Below, piece by piece: positions 1 to 11,683 of a stretch of 58,721 bases of DNA. The stretch is from the NCBI RefSeq assembly GCF_006345805.1, contig NW_021833103.1, forward strand, positions 1 to 58,721. The letters are read 5' to 3'. The position numbers and the translations under genes were made by a program. Under the pieces are notes generated by a model. It was given only the letters and a program-made list of their open reading frames with translations, was not told where the DNA came from and ran no database searches. The DNA comes from Octopus sinensis (lineage: Eukaryota). Within the stretch, counting starts at the first letter, position 1; every line of letters begins with the position of its first letter.

Positions 1-242
1 AGACGTGGATACAAATCGTTGTTCGTTTCTCTTCCACGAATGTTTTGGAGGATTTCAAAGCAAAAATGTTATCAAAGATTTTAAAAGTTTGTGAAGCGAA
101 TCACTTTTTCTTTATTTTCTATCCCACGGGTATCGAGGGCAGCCCTTGGGAAATTAGGTTTCTTTTTACCTGCGCTGCAATAAAAAAAAATCCATCTATT
201 TGGTAATACTTGAAATAAAACTTATTTGAAATAAGAGTCGAT

Positions 243-288
243 TAACAACAACAACAACAACAACAACAACAACGGCGGCAGCAACAAC
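243..288. repeat. (AAC)n microsatellite
   Basis: Direct AAC repeats with a few GGC/AGC variants. Confidence 0.95.
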
Positions 289-310
289 ATAAAAATCCTT
301 TCTATTAAAA

Positions 311-488
311 GCACAAGGCCTGAAATTTTGGGAGCTTACATGGACCCGAGTGTTTTACTGGTATCGACCTCGAAAGGATGAAAAGCAAAGTCCATCTCGG
401 CGGCATTTGAACTCAGAACGCACAGACGGACTAAATGCCGCTAAGCATTTCACCTGGCGTGCTAACAATTCTGCCAGCTCGCTGCCTT
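311..488 (-). mobile_element. tRNA-derived SINE, family A
   Basis: Reverse complement has the head GGCAGCGAGCTGGCAGAATTGTTAGCAC, B-box-like GAGTTCAAATGCC and body TTTCATCCTTTCGAGGTCGAT; homologous to the copies at 15969, 24160, 27207, 34685 and 56015. Confidence 0.85.
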
Positions 489-492
489 AAGA

Positions 493-494
<2 letters not shown>

Positions 495-529
<35 letters not shown>

Positions 530-587
530 CAACAACAACAACAACAATAATAATAATAATAATAATAATGATGATGATGATGATGAT

Positions 588-619
<32 letters not shown>

Positions 620-630
620 TGATGATGATT
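495..630. repeat. Compound (AAT)n(AAC)n(GAT)n(GAC)n microsatellite
   Basis: Direct reading; produces the poly-N/poly-D ORF 435-641. Confidence 0.95.
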
Positions 631-640
631 TAAAATTTTA

Positions 641-781
641 GCACAAGGACAGCAATTTTAGGAGACGGTACATATTTTATTGACCCCAAAAAGATTAAAG
701 GGAAAGTCGACTTCGGCGGCATTTGAACTCAGAACGTAAAGACGGACGAAATGCCGCCAAGCATTTCGCCCGGCGTCCTAA
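641..781 (-). mobile_element. SINE family A, degraded copy
   Basis: AAAGTCGACTTCGGCGGCATTTGAACTCAGAACG...AAGCATTTCGCCCGGCG matches family A on the reverse strand. Confidence 0.8.
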
Positions 782-817
<36 letters not shown>

Positions 818-897
818 AGAAGAAGAAGAAGAAGAAGAAGAAGAAGAAGAAGAAGAAGAAGAAGAAGAAGAAGAAGAAGAAGAAGAAGAAGAAGACA
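782..897. repeat. (AAAG)n(AAG)n microsatellite
   Basis: Direct reading; source of the poly-K/E/F/S ORFs. Confidence 0.95.
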
Positions 898-2299
898 AGG
901 AGGAGGAGAAGAAGAGGACGTTGGTTATATTTTAGTGGGTTAAATCGTTTATGTAACTTCACACATGGCAAACTTTCTTGTCACTCAATAATTAAACCAG
1001 AAGTATTCGTTGTGTTTTCGTTGTTGCTTGTAGATAAAGATCTTTGTTTAAATCTTTTTGGTATATAAGTGTATTTATACAAAAATTTGCCTTTTTTTTG
1101 TTGTTGAAAAGATAATTTGAAATATTAAAACGATTGCATTCCTCGGAGAAAAATTCTCTTTATGTCAGTCTTGAGTTACAATGTTAAAAAACAAGAAGTA
1201 ATTGTCCAATGTACACAGAATTAGTATCACATGTTTTAAATAAATTAGGTGTGTTCAAGGTTGTTTTTTAAAAATCATCGACGCATGTCAATACTATTAT
1301 TTCATTGGTTTGCTAGAAAATTTGCCCTCATAAATATTATTATCATACACTTTATCTCAGAATTATATTATTGGAAGGTTTCTGGAAATATTTAAAGTTT
1401 CCTGACAAACGCCAAACAATTCTAATGGCAATTTCGACTCTCTTATGAACTTAGAGAGTTACATTCCAAGCTTTACAATATCTTTCAGATAAAAAAACAC
1501 ATGTACTCTGGGACACACATCATTGAAAGTAATTTTAATAAAACCATTGAGAAGCACAGTGCAATTTCAGAGATGAAATAGGAACTGTAAAATTGTTCTG
1601 CAGATTGGTAACCCTTCCAAAAGGGCAAATTACAGCTTATAAAATCTCAACAAAACATCAGAAATACATAACTACATTCCGTAGCTTTTATCATTTTATT
1701 CGTTCTAGATTTTGGATTGCGGCCATGCTGGAACACTGGCTTCTAGATATCGTCGGTTTATATCGACTGCTACATTATGTTACCTATATTGGAAGGATGG
1801 GGTAGACCTAGGCAGAATTTGAATTTACAATGTAAAAGGTCATAACTAAATATCAAATTATATTTTGTTCGACGCTCTCTCGATTCTGTGTTGTCTTCTT
1901 CCATACAAATGCAGAGATGGTTGTGTGGTTCACAAAGACGGGGTTTTAAGTTCACTCCCACTGTGCCCCAGCTAGGGCTGAATGGCTTCCAGTCGACATT
2001 GTAACATTTTGTTGACAAAAGCTAAACTGTCTGGAAATCTGTTGAAGGGGACCAAATTCGGGTTTCCGAGCGAGTGAAATTTATCCTTCTCCCGACTTCA
2101 CATCACCCTCAGAAACTTAAGTGCTTTTAACATCACCCGAGAGCTTTAAATGCCATTCGCTGATTACATTCGCCGCTCTTGCTCATTGAAGAGGTGGAAT
2201 AGATAAGATTGCTCCCTGAACTAGTTAGGGCTTGGTCTTAAGCAGCCACCAACAAACTCTCTTTAAATCTTCACTCCGCAACTACTCCTGCGATGACTC

Positions 2300-2700
2300 G
2301 TGATTTTTTACTTTTGGGAGAGACAAGAAAAAGTATGTACCGTCATAGAGGGTAGCTGTGCTGCTGATGTGAATATCCTGAGGGTCATGAGAAACTCAAA
2401 GGCAAAGAAGATAACTACGAACAACTGCTTTGAAACTTCCAGCTTCTTATATCTGATGCATCGCAGGTTCGAACCATGTACCTTCACCGAACAACGTTAC
2501 TGGCTATCACAATCCACTATTTATGCGTAGTGGACCAGCCCACTTCTATCCTGGGGGCGTCCACACAGCAATACCCAGATTATAAATTCGGATTTATACC
2601 AATAATATTTGGTGCATTTAATTCAGTAAGTAAATGCTTAAGTGACACACAAGATAAGCTAGGGCTTTCGGAAAGAAGAAGTCAACCGATTAAATTGCTC
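2300..2700 (+). pseudogene. Decayed restriction-like endonuclease (RLE) tail of an R2/R4/NeSL-type non-LTR retrotransposon
   Basis: WERQEKVCTVIEGSCAADVNI...KEDNYEQLL*NFQLL and YPDYKFGFIPIIFGA follow the PD..IE.S.P.D.N..EK..Y..L...IP..IGA layout also seen at 40053-40481; frameshifted and interrupted. Confidence 0.55.
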
Positions 2701-2920
2701 ATTACAATTGCAGTTTGTAAGTGGAACAGTAAGAATATGCAAGACTTTTCTCAAGTTTAAAACATGACATTGTTTTTGTTATTTACATTCCAATGGTGGA
2801 GCTTTGTATGTTTGTTAGAAACCAGTTCCTTCCTCAGAGGAAGAATTTAGATAATTGAAAACAGAAGGGAACGGATGTGTGTGTGTGTATGTGTGTGTGT
2901 TTGTGTGTGTGTGTATGTGT

Positions 2921-3136
2921 GGGCGTATAGCTTAGTGGTTATGATGTTGCACTCACGACCACGAGATAGTGGTTTCAATCCCTGGACCGGTTGATGAATT
3001 GTATTCTTAAGCAAAACACTTCACCTCACGGCGCTCTCCGTTCACTTCGACACCTGACTTGCGGTAGACCGTGCACCTGATCACGCAGCGTCGATCTGGT
3101 GAACCGAAAGAGCTTAATGTACAGCAAGAACATTAA
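2921..3136 (+). mobile_element. tRNA-derived SINE related to the family D head, old copy
   Basis: A-box TAGCTTAGTGG, B-box GGTTTCAATCC, then TGTATTCTTAAGCAAAACACTT resembling TGTGTCCTTGAGCAAGACACTT of 43588 and 54116. Confidence 0.6.
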
Positions 3137-3298
3137 GGTTGCTATAAACAAATAATTTCTGCAAGTCGCTCAACAAAACCTAAACACTTATACGGCATTT
3201 TGGACGGGAGTTCCGTCGTAAAGGTAACCACATGTGGACTGTCGGCGATTTTCTTTTCCTCCGTCTTCCTTTTCTTTTGGACTTTCCTCTCTCTCTCC

Positions 3299-3335
3299 TG
3301 TTCCTGAAGAAGAGCTTTACTCGAAACGTAAAACA
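3299..3335 (+). ncRNA. Minimal type I hammerhead ribozyme motif (Penelope type)
   Basis: CUGAAGA (3304-3310), extra A, stem II GAG/CUC, GAAA (3323-3326), palindromic ACGU stem III, GUA triplet; stem I UGUUC/AAACA pairs at 4 of 5. Confidence 0.6.
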
Positions 3336-3442
3336 CCTTTCTTTCCTTCCCTCAACGTCTTATTAATACTCTGCATGTACCACGTCCTCGCCTTGTTGTT
3401 TTTTTCTTGTTGTCCTTTCCTGTTTTTTTAATAAGTTTTATA

Positions 3443-3860
3443 GGCGCAGGAATGGCTGTGTGGTAAGTAGCTTGCTTACCAACCACATGGTTCCGGATTC
3501 AGTCCCACTGCGTGGCACCTTGGGCAAGTGTCTTCTACTATAGCCTCGGGCTGACCAATGCCTTGTGAGTGGATTTGGTAGACGGAAACTGAAAGAAGCC
3601 CGTCGTATATATGTATATATATATATATGCGTGTGCGTGTATGTTTGTGTGTCTGTGTTTGTCCCTCTAGCATTGCATGACAACCGATGCTGGTGTGTTG
3701 ACGTCCCCGTCACTTAGCGGTTCGGCAAAAGAGACCGATAGAATAAGTACTGGGCTTACAAAGAATAAGTCCCGGGGTCGATTTGCTCGGCTAAAGGCGG
3801 TGCTCCAGCATGGCCGCAGTCAAATGACTGAAACAAGTAAAAGAGTAAAGAGTAAAGAGT
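3443..3860 (+). mobile_element. SINE family B (tRNA head, CORE-like domain, internal microsatellite), full length
   Basis: A-box TGGCTGTGTGG, B-box GATTCAGTCCC, CORE-like GTGGCACCTTGGGCAAGTG, internal (TA)(TG) tract, tail GGCGGTGCTCCAGCATGGCCGCAGTC...(AAGAGT)n. Confidence 0.92.
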
Positions 3861-3861
3861 A

Positions 3862-4012
<151 letters not shown>

Positions 4013-4594
4013 TAAGTTCAGTAAAATTTAGATTCAGATGAATATGGTACTTAAGTCAAAGGCACCAGATTTTTGTATGGTATTATCCATATAAATTCAT
4101 GGGGTGATTATAAATCAAAATAAGCAACAAGTATATCCGAGGTATTGTGGTACAATCGTTTCATGCTACTTCATTTTATTAAACACTGTAAGTACTACAT
4201 CAGTTTTAAAATGTCGTGCAATCTTCAGTCACTTATAGAAATTTTCCAATCAAACGGACAATGCACATTCTTATATATAATATTACAAATTTGGGATTTT
4301 ACCAATAGAACCACAACTCCTATTTCAGGACAACCTTATTGTCTGGAATACACATAGAAATCCCAAATTTGTAACAATAATATAAAAGATACTGCTTACA
4401 TTGCATTAGTAAAGTGTAAAATAGTAAATGTCCCGATGACTTGCAATAATTATTATTTCACCAAAATCTGGAATTTCTACCTTCGTAAGTAGGTTGTTAC
4501 ATCTTTGATGTTTCTGTGAATTTTTGCTACCCTGCTAACTATTTATTTATTTTTTCCGTGTTATTTATAAACATTGAAAAAAATTCACATACAT

Positions 4595-4625
<31 letters not shown>

Positions 4626-4983
4626 AAGCATTATAGAACAAACATTGAATTTAGGTCAGCGACTTTATATACAACACCACCCCTCAAACATTTATAAAAA
4701 TCACCAAGGTCTACAAGCATAAAAAAATAATACATATACATAAAATCACAGAATGTAAAAATATATATATTCTAATAAAATACAAATAGACCGGTTTATC
4801 AAAAGTTAAAAATAATGACTAAAAGTTCAAAACTATCAAAAAGTCTAATAAATAAAGATAAAAATAAAATAAAAATGTCTTCGTCTCATTTATATTTGAG
4901 CAGATCTTTTGCAGTCCTATAAACCATTTTGTTTCTATAATAAGAGATAAATATAATTTCTTTTGTGTCTGTATATATCATCA

Positions 4984-5273
4984 CATCATCATCATGTGAC
5001 CGACCAGTCCATCCGATGTATTTACACATCGCTGGTCACAATGCGTTCGCATTGTTTTAGCCTTTGAATGACGCCACCCCGCTGGCTAAGCGAGCAGGCC
5101 AACAGAAGAAAGAGTGGGAGAAAGAGTGGTGAAAGAGTACAGCAGGAATCACCACCCCCTGCCGGAGCCTCGTGGAGCTTTTAGGTGTTTTCGCTCAATA
5201 AACACTCACAACGCCTGGTCTGGGAATCGAAACCGCGAGTCCGCTGCCCTAACCACTAGGCCATTGCACCTCC
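4984..5273 (-). mobile_element. SINE family C head with tail type X
   Basis: Reverse strand GGAGGTGCAATGGCCTAGTGGTTAGGGCAGCGGAC...GGTTTCGATTCCC; head shared with 26751 and 45583, tail shared with 20700-20812; ends in (GAT)n. Confidence 0.85.
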
Positions 5274-5318
<45 letters not shown>

Positions 5319-5346
5319 AAAAAGAAGATGTGGAACACGAGTTGTG

Positions 5347-5939
5347 ATATATAAAAAAAGAAATGAAGAAAATGCTGACAAAATAATTTAAGTAATTTAA
5401 TTAGGTGAAAGTTCTTTTTACCGGTTGCGCATTTGTTATGCTTATCAAAAGATAGATTTTTTTCCTCTTATCTGACTTTATGCTGGGTTTGCTGTCTCTT
5501 ATATGTGAAAAAAGAGGCTCCAGAGTTGTTTAAGATTTGCTTGGTTTCGCGCCTAAAATTTCTTGTGGACAATGGTCAATACAATTTTGATTGGTCATTA
5601 TGAAGGGGTCACGTGAATGTTTGAATGGAAGTTGGTGTTGGGGTAAGAAAAAAGGCTCCAGAGAAGTTAAAATTTGGCTAGTGTCGCGCCTAAAATTTCT
5701 TATTGGTCATAATAAAGAGGTCACGTGGATGTGGTCATAATAGAGAGGTCACGTGAATGTTTAGAATTTTCGAAAATAGCGTTGTTGAAAATTCTTATTG
5801 TTCAGGCTGGTCAGTAGACGTCATGTGGATATTTTAAATAGCTTTTTAGCGCGTAGTTAGGGAGTGTATTTTCCGGTTGACTGAATTTGAGCTGGATAAG
5901 TGAGTTCGTTTAGGACAGGAAGAGCTATATGTATGTATG
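5347..5939 (-). repeat. Left arm of a ~590-bp inverted repeat (Penelope 3' UTR/pLTR, inverted)
   Basis: Reverse complement of 7209-7797 with only about half a dozen differences seen by eye; outer end resembles the Penelope terminus at 20885-20960. Confidence 0.9.
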
Positions 5940-6119
5940 TGTGCACCACAATCCATCACGACACAAAGAAACACACACCAACACTCGCAATACAGGAACA
6001 CCCCATTCTATCCACAACCACGAACCCGAACCATATTTCACAACAAGGAATATAACAAACACACAGGACCTCTTAACACCAGCAGACAACCCCTCTACCC
6101 CAACCAAACTCTGTAATCA

Positions 6120-7208
6120 ATGTCCCCTCACCAAATGACCTCAAATTGAGACCTATAATAGCAGGTCCCGCTTGCGAAACCCACCGCCTTAGCAACTTCA
6201 TTGATACCCTTCTCAAGCCGTTCCTCAAACACATTAAAAGCTACATAAAGGACGATCTAGATATGCTCAACCACCTCCCCAATACACTTCTTGCTGAACA
6301 AACCCTGCTAGTAACATTCGATGTAGTTAATCTTTACTCCAACATCACCCACAACCTAGGAATAGAAGCTATCCAATTCTGGCTGGATAATTACTCCAAC
6401 GAACTCCCACACCGCATCAAAAAGGAATTTATTTTAGGACTCAAATTCATCTTAGAGAATAATTTCTTCACCTTCAACAACAAATTCTACAGACAGAAAT
6501 CAGAGACGGCAATGGGAACGAAACAGCTCCCACTTACGCCAACCTAGTCATGGGATACCTGGAAATCACCCTCTATAATAACGTTCTTAACCAATTTGGC
6601 ACCACTCTCCACACACACATAGAGAAGAACTGGAAGAGATATCTTGATGACTGCTTCATCCTTTAGCCCGAAACCGTCGAGAAGCTTAAAGAATTTCACA
6701 CCCTTATAAATGGGCTCAACACAAACATTATTTTCACAATGGAATACAGCCCTCAACAAATTCCCTTCCTCGACATCCTTATTAAAATTCACAACAAAAA
6801 AATAGAAACAGACATATACTACAAGCCCACAGACTCCAAGCAATACCTCCCTTTCAATTCATGCCACCCTAGACACGTTAAAATTAACATTCCCTACAAC
6901 TTAGCCAAGAGAATTTGCACTATAGTCTCCAATAAAAACACCCGTCTCTTACGTCTACAAGAACTCAAGGCCACATTAACAAGCAGGGATTACCCCACGT
7001 CACTAATTGACAATGGGATCCAACGCGCCCTAAAACTCAGCACACATGAACTTAGACGCCCTAAACCTGTTACATCGAAACCCCATACTCTACAATACAT
7101 CTCTACACACAACCCCCTCAACAATGAAGCTTTTGACACCATCCTCCAGAACATTCCTGTATTAAAAAAGGACCATAGAATGAACCAAATCCTCCTAACA
7201 CACGAAAT
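6120..7208 (+). pseudogene. Penelope-like reverse transcriptase fragment
   Basis: LRPIIAGP...TFDVVNLYSNI...YRQKSETAMG...WKRYLDDCFI (6631-6660)...IPFLDI...DIYYKPTDSKQYLPFNSCHP; frameshifts and stops; GIY-YIG domain absent. Confidence 0.9.
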
Positions 7209-7787
7209 CATACATACATATAGCTCTTCCTGTCCTAAACGAACTCACTTATCCAGCTCAAATTCAGTCAAGCGGAAAATACACTCCCTAACTACGCGCT
7301 AAAAAGCTATTTAAAATATCCACATGACGTCTACTGACCAGCATGAACAATAAGAATTTTCAACAACGCTATTTTCGAAAATTCTAAACATTCACGTGAC
7401 CTCTCTATTATGACCACATCCACGTGACCTCTTTATTATGACCAATAAGAAATTTTAGGCGCGACACTAGCCAAATTTTAACTTCCCTGGAGCCTTTTTT
7501 CTTACCCCAACACCAACTTCCATTCAAACATTCACGTGACCCCTTCATAATGACCAATCAAAATTGTATTGACCATTGTCCACAAGAAATTTTAGGCGCG
7601 AAACCAAGCAAATCCAAAACAACTCTGGAGCCTCTTTTTTCACATATAAGAGACAGCAAACCCAACATAAAGTCAGATAAGAGGAAAAAATCTATCTTTT
7701 GATAAGCATAACAAATGCGCAACCGGTAAAAAGAACTTTCACCTAATTAAATTACTTAAATTATTTTGTCAGCATTTTCTTCATTTC

Positions 7788-7797
<10 letters not shown>
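7209..7797 (+). repeat. Right arm of the ~590-bp inverted repeat (Penelope 3' UTR/pLTR)
   Basis: Mirror of 5347-5939; contains a hammerhead relic at 7696-7733. Confidence 0.9.
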
Positions 7798-7876
<79 letters not shown>

Positions 7877-7958
7877 GGTAAACGTTAAAAAAACACAAAC
7901 TGGGACAAGAACGTGAAGCATTTTGAAGACGACAAAAAAACACACAGACAGGACACAG

Positions 7959-8026
<68 letters not shown>

Positions 8027-8039
8027 TATATATAAACTT

Positions 8040-9732
8040 AGACTTAGATAAACTTAGATATGTTTCGACCAAAGATTGGTCCAGGCCATGTCTAACTTAA
8101 TAGCACCACCTGATAGGATTATTCGAATCCTGTTTATGTCAAGTTTTGTTTGAGTCAAGTTTTGTTCAAGTAGTGAGATCTTGTTGGGTGAGTTGTATCC
8201 AATTATGGGTGGCTTATCTGGTATTCTTTGAAGGAATCTATCGAGACTCTGTTTAAAGTTGATGGGATCCTTTTCCTCTTTGATCTCCCTCGGGACTATG
8301 TTAAATAGGACAGGGCCTGTTGAGGAAAAGAAATTATGTTGCAGTGTACATGTATGTTGTGATCTTGAATTGGGCAGGGGACGTATAGCCCGTGGTCCAA
8401 GTCTTGGATGAACCTTGAAGCTAATGTTTAGGTCGTTTGGGCAAAGTTGGCGGTATATTTTCCACATCGTACAAATGATGTACCGCTTACGGCGACGCTG
8501 GAGGGAGTAAAGTTTCAAGGCTTTAAGGCGATCCCAATAATCGAGAGCAGCCATGCCTTCAATTTGTTTAGTGAGTGCCCCCTGGTGTGACTCAATTCTG
8601 GAGATGTTTTGTCTTGTGTGAGGAGACCACAGTGGGCAGCAGTATTCAAGGTGTGGCCGTACAAAGGAGGAAAAAAGTGGTATGATGACACCTTGTTCTC
8701 TGGACCGGAAAGTTCTTAAGATCCAGGAACTCATCCTACGAGCTATATCGACCTTCTTGTTGATGTGTGCACTCCAACTGAGATCGTCATCAACAATTAC
8801 ACCCAGGTCTCTGATATTGTTAGAGGCTGTGAGCGGTTCCCCTGAAGGAAGAGAGTATGGTTGTTTTAGTGAGGAATTTCTTCCAAAATGCATCAGCTCA
8901 AAATTTCCCTCATTTAGTTGCATTTTGTTTCTGTCTGCCCATTGACTCACAGCATATAGATCAGACTGGAGTTGAGTTCGGTCTGCTTCTTCATTGACGA
9001 TTTGCTGGAGCTTAGTGTCATCAGCAAATATTTTCATTTTGCAGTATTGTACGACACTGGAAAGGTCGTTTACGTAAATTATGAAGAGTAGCCGACCCAA
9101 AACAGTTCCCTGGGGAACACCGCTGGTGACTTTTGCTGGGTTTGAGTGGACTCCATCAACTACAACATGTTGTGTTCTATTCGCCAGGAAATACTTAATC
9201 CAGTGTAGAACTTTTCCACGGATTCCAACATTTGCCAATTTTGAGAGTAGGATGTTATGGTCTACCCTGTCGAACGCTTTACTGAAGTCAAGATATATGA
9301 CGTCAGAGTTCGAACCTGTTCCCAAGGCTTTGAGTACATCTTCAATGTGGTGTAAGAGCTGTGTTAGACAGTCCCTGCCACAGCGAAAGCCATGCTGATT
9401 TGCATTTAGGAGTTTGTGGGTCTCCAGGAAGTCAGCTACCCTTGATCTTAACACTCTTTCAAACACTTTAATGATGTGGGAGGTGAGTGAGATTGGGCGA
9501 TAGTTGACTGCGAGGGATCTGTTTCCCTGTTTGAAAACCGGGATGACCGACTGGGATAGAAACTGTTTCGATATATAACATGCGTCTAACGAATTTCTCC
9601 AGAGGTTGGTCAGAGGGACTGCAAGTTGGTATCTACATTCCTTCAGGAGACTAGCGGGAAATCTATCAGGGCCTACAGCAGAGTAATGTTTGACCTCATT
9701 TATTGCTGTTACGATGTCAGTGGCAGTGAAGG
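8040..9732 (-). mobile_element. CR1/L2-group LINE, 5'-truncated, RT and C-terminus in one open frame
   Basis: NYRPISLTS, YLDFSKAFD, GVPQGTVLG, FADDTKL, FVRPHLEYCCPLWSP; short-repeat tail (TCTAAG); the first ~58 aa of ORF 8054-9907 are read-through from the neighbouring RTE and the TA tract. Confidence 0.93.
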
Positions 9733-9754
9733 TATATATATATATATATATATA

Positions 9755-11262
9755 ATCGAAATGCTCTGTGGTTAATTCTAAGGAAAATAGGTTGCCCAGA
9801 AAAATTTTGTAAACATGATCAGGTCTTTGCATCAAGATATGAAAGCTAGAGTTAATTTTGGTGGTAGGCTCTCTGAATCTTTTGCTGTGGAAAATGGAGT
9901 AAAGCAAGGAGACCTTGATGCACCCACTCTCTTTGCAATATACTTTGCTGTTGTGCTGTCACACGCTTTTCAAAACTCTGAAGAGGGGTATTTACATAAA
10001 ATATCGAACAACAGGCAATGCTTTTAATCCGACCAGACTGAAATTCAAAATGAAGGTTTTTACTTCCCTCATTAGGGAACTTTTATACGCTGACGATTGC
10101 CATCTTGTCAGATATTCTGAAACAGGTCTGCAAACTCTTGTATCTGCATTTGACTCAGCTTGTGATGATTTTGGCTTGACCATCAACTTGAAAAAACATA
10201 GTTGTAATGTATCAATCTGCACGTGGGGCTGTTTGTAACCCCACTAAAATTTTTGTTAAGGGTAAGTTACTTGAGGTTGTTCATTCGTTCATCTGCCTTA
10301 GAAGCTCTGTACAAAATGATGGAAGTCTTGATACAGAAATACATCTGCGAATTCAAAGGGCAGCACAAGCATTTGGTGACTTGGAGTCACGCGTTTGGCG
10401 CCAGTGAGACATAAATAACAATACGAAGCTGGCTCTTTACAAATCATTTGTCTTACCATCTCTATTGTATTCCTGTGAAACATGGACATATTATGAATGC
10501 CTTCATCGCATTTTAATCATTAAATGGAGTTCTCTTACTCCAAACACAGATGTCCTTGCATCTGTAGGCATCATCTCAACTAAAGCTATGATTTTAAGGA
10601 GCCAAATGAAATGGCGTAGCCATATTGTTCGAATGACGGATGAACGCACACCCAAACAGCTGTTTTATGAGCTTACAGAGGGGAAATGCTATCGGCGTAA
10701 ACCTAAAAAAAGGATTAAGGATGGCATAAGAACTATTATGAAGTCACTTGGAATGAATCCAGAAGACATAGAAACCCTTGCTTCGGATCGAGCTGGGCGG
10801 CGAACAAAAGTGTGGAGTGGAGTGAAAGCGTTTGAAGAGGCCAGGGTAACGCATGCAAGACTCAAAAAGAATGTAACGATCGAGAAGGTGAATCGCAATG
10901 ACCTTGTTTGTGCGCACAGTTTGTGACAGACCATGCCTGTCTTTTACTGAGCTCAAATCTCATTTGCAAACCCATGGAAAACAAACCTCCACCAACTATT
11001 CTGCCTATATGCCTGTGCACACCTTTGAATGCAGTGTATGCCAGAAGGTTTGCAAATCGAACGGGGCCCTCAAACGACACTTTAAGATCCACAAAGATCA
11101 GAACTTATCTGCAGCTCTTGGTGGTCCAAATTGGATGTGCAGTCTGTGTGGGTGTCTTTTCAATATATTTTCTGGTTTAAGAAGTCACATCAGACGCCAT
11201 GATGGTCCTAAGGTGTAGGTACAGGCGGGGGTCAAACTCTGCATAAGAAGTAGACAACCACC
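9755..11262 (+). mobile_element. RTE-clade LINE, 5'-truncated, frameshifted
   Basis: LRKIGCPEK, GVKQGDLDAPTLF, LLYADD, GSLDTEIHLRIQRA, MTDERTPKQLFYEL, three C2H2-like fingers, short 3' UTR. Confidence 0.92.
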
Positions 11263-11264
11263 AT

Positions 11265-11482
11265 ACTCTTTACTCTTTTACTGTTTTACTTGTTTCAGTC
11301 ATTTGACTGCGGTCATGCTGGAGCACCGCCTTTTAGTCAAGCAAATCGACTCCGGGACTTATTCTTTGTAAGCCCAGTACTTATTCTATCGGTCTCTTTT
11401 GCCGAACCGCTAAGTGACGGGGACGTAAACACAGCAGCATCGGTTGTCAAGCAATGCTAGGGGGACAAACACAGACACACAA

Positions 11483-11515
<33 letters not shown>

Positions 11516-11563
11516 CGACAGGCTTCTTTCAGTTTCCGTCTACCAAATCCACTCACAAGGCAT
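11265..11563 (-). mobile_element. SINE family B, head lost
   Basis: Tail and middle match family B; replaced 5' by (CATA)n/(CA)n/(TA)n. Confidence 0.88.
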
Positions 11564-11575
11564 ACATACATACAT

Positions 11576-11683
<108 letters not shown>

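Noticed and set aside
8045-8095. Hammerhead in the CR1/L2 3' UTR (GACCAA-TCT-TTGGTC-GAAAC)
   Set aside because: No CUGANGA box; better explained as the LINE 3' recognition stem-loop.
9733-9907. N-terminal 58 aa of the 617-aa ORF as part of the LINE protein
   Set aside because: It is the antisense of the RTE plus a (TA)n run (YIYIY).
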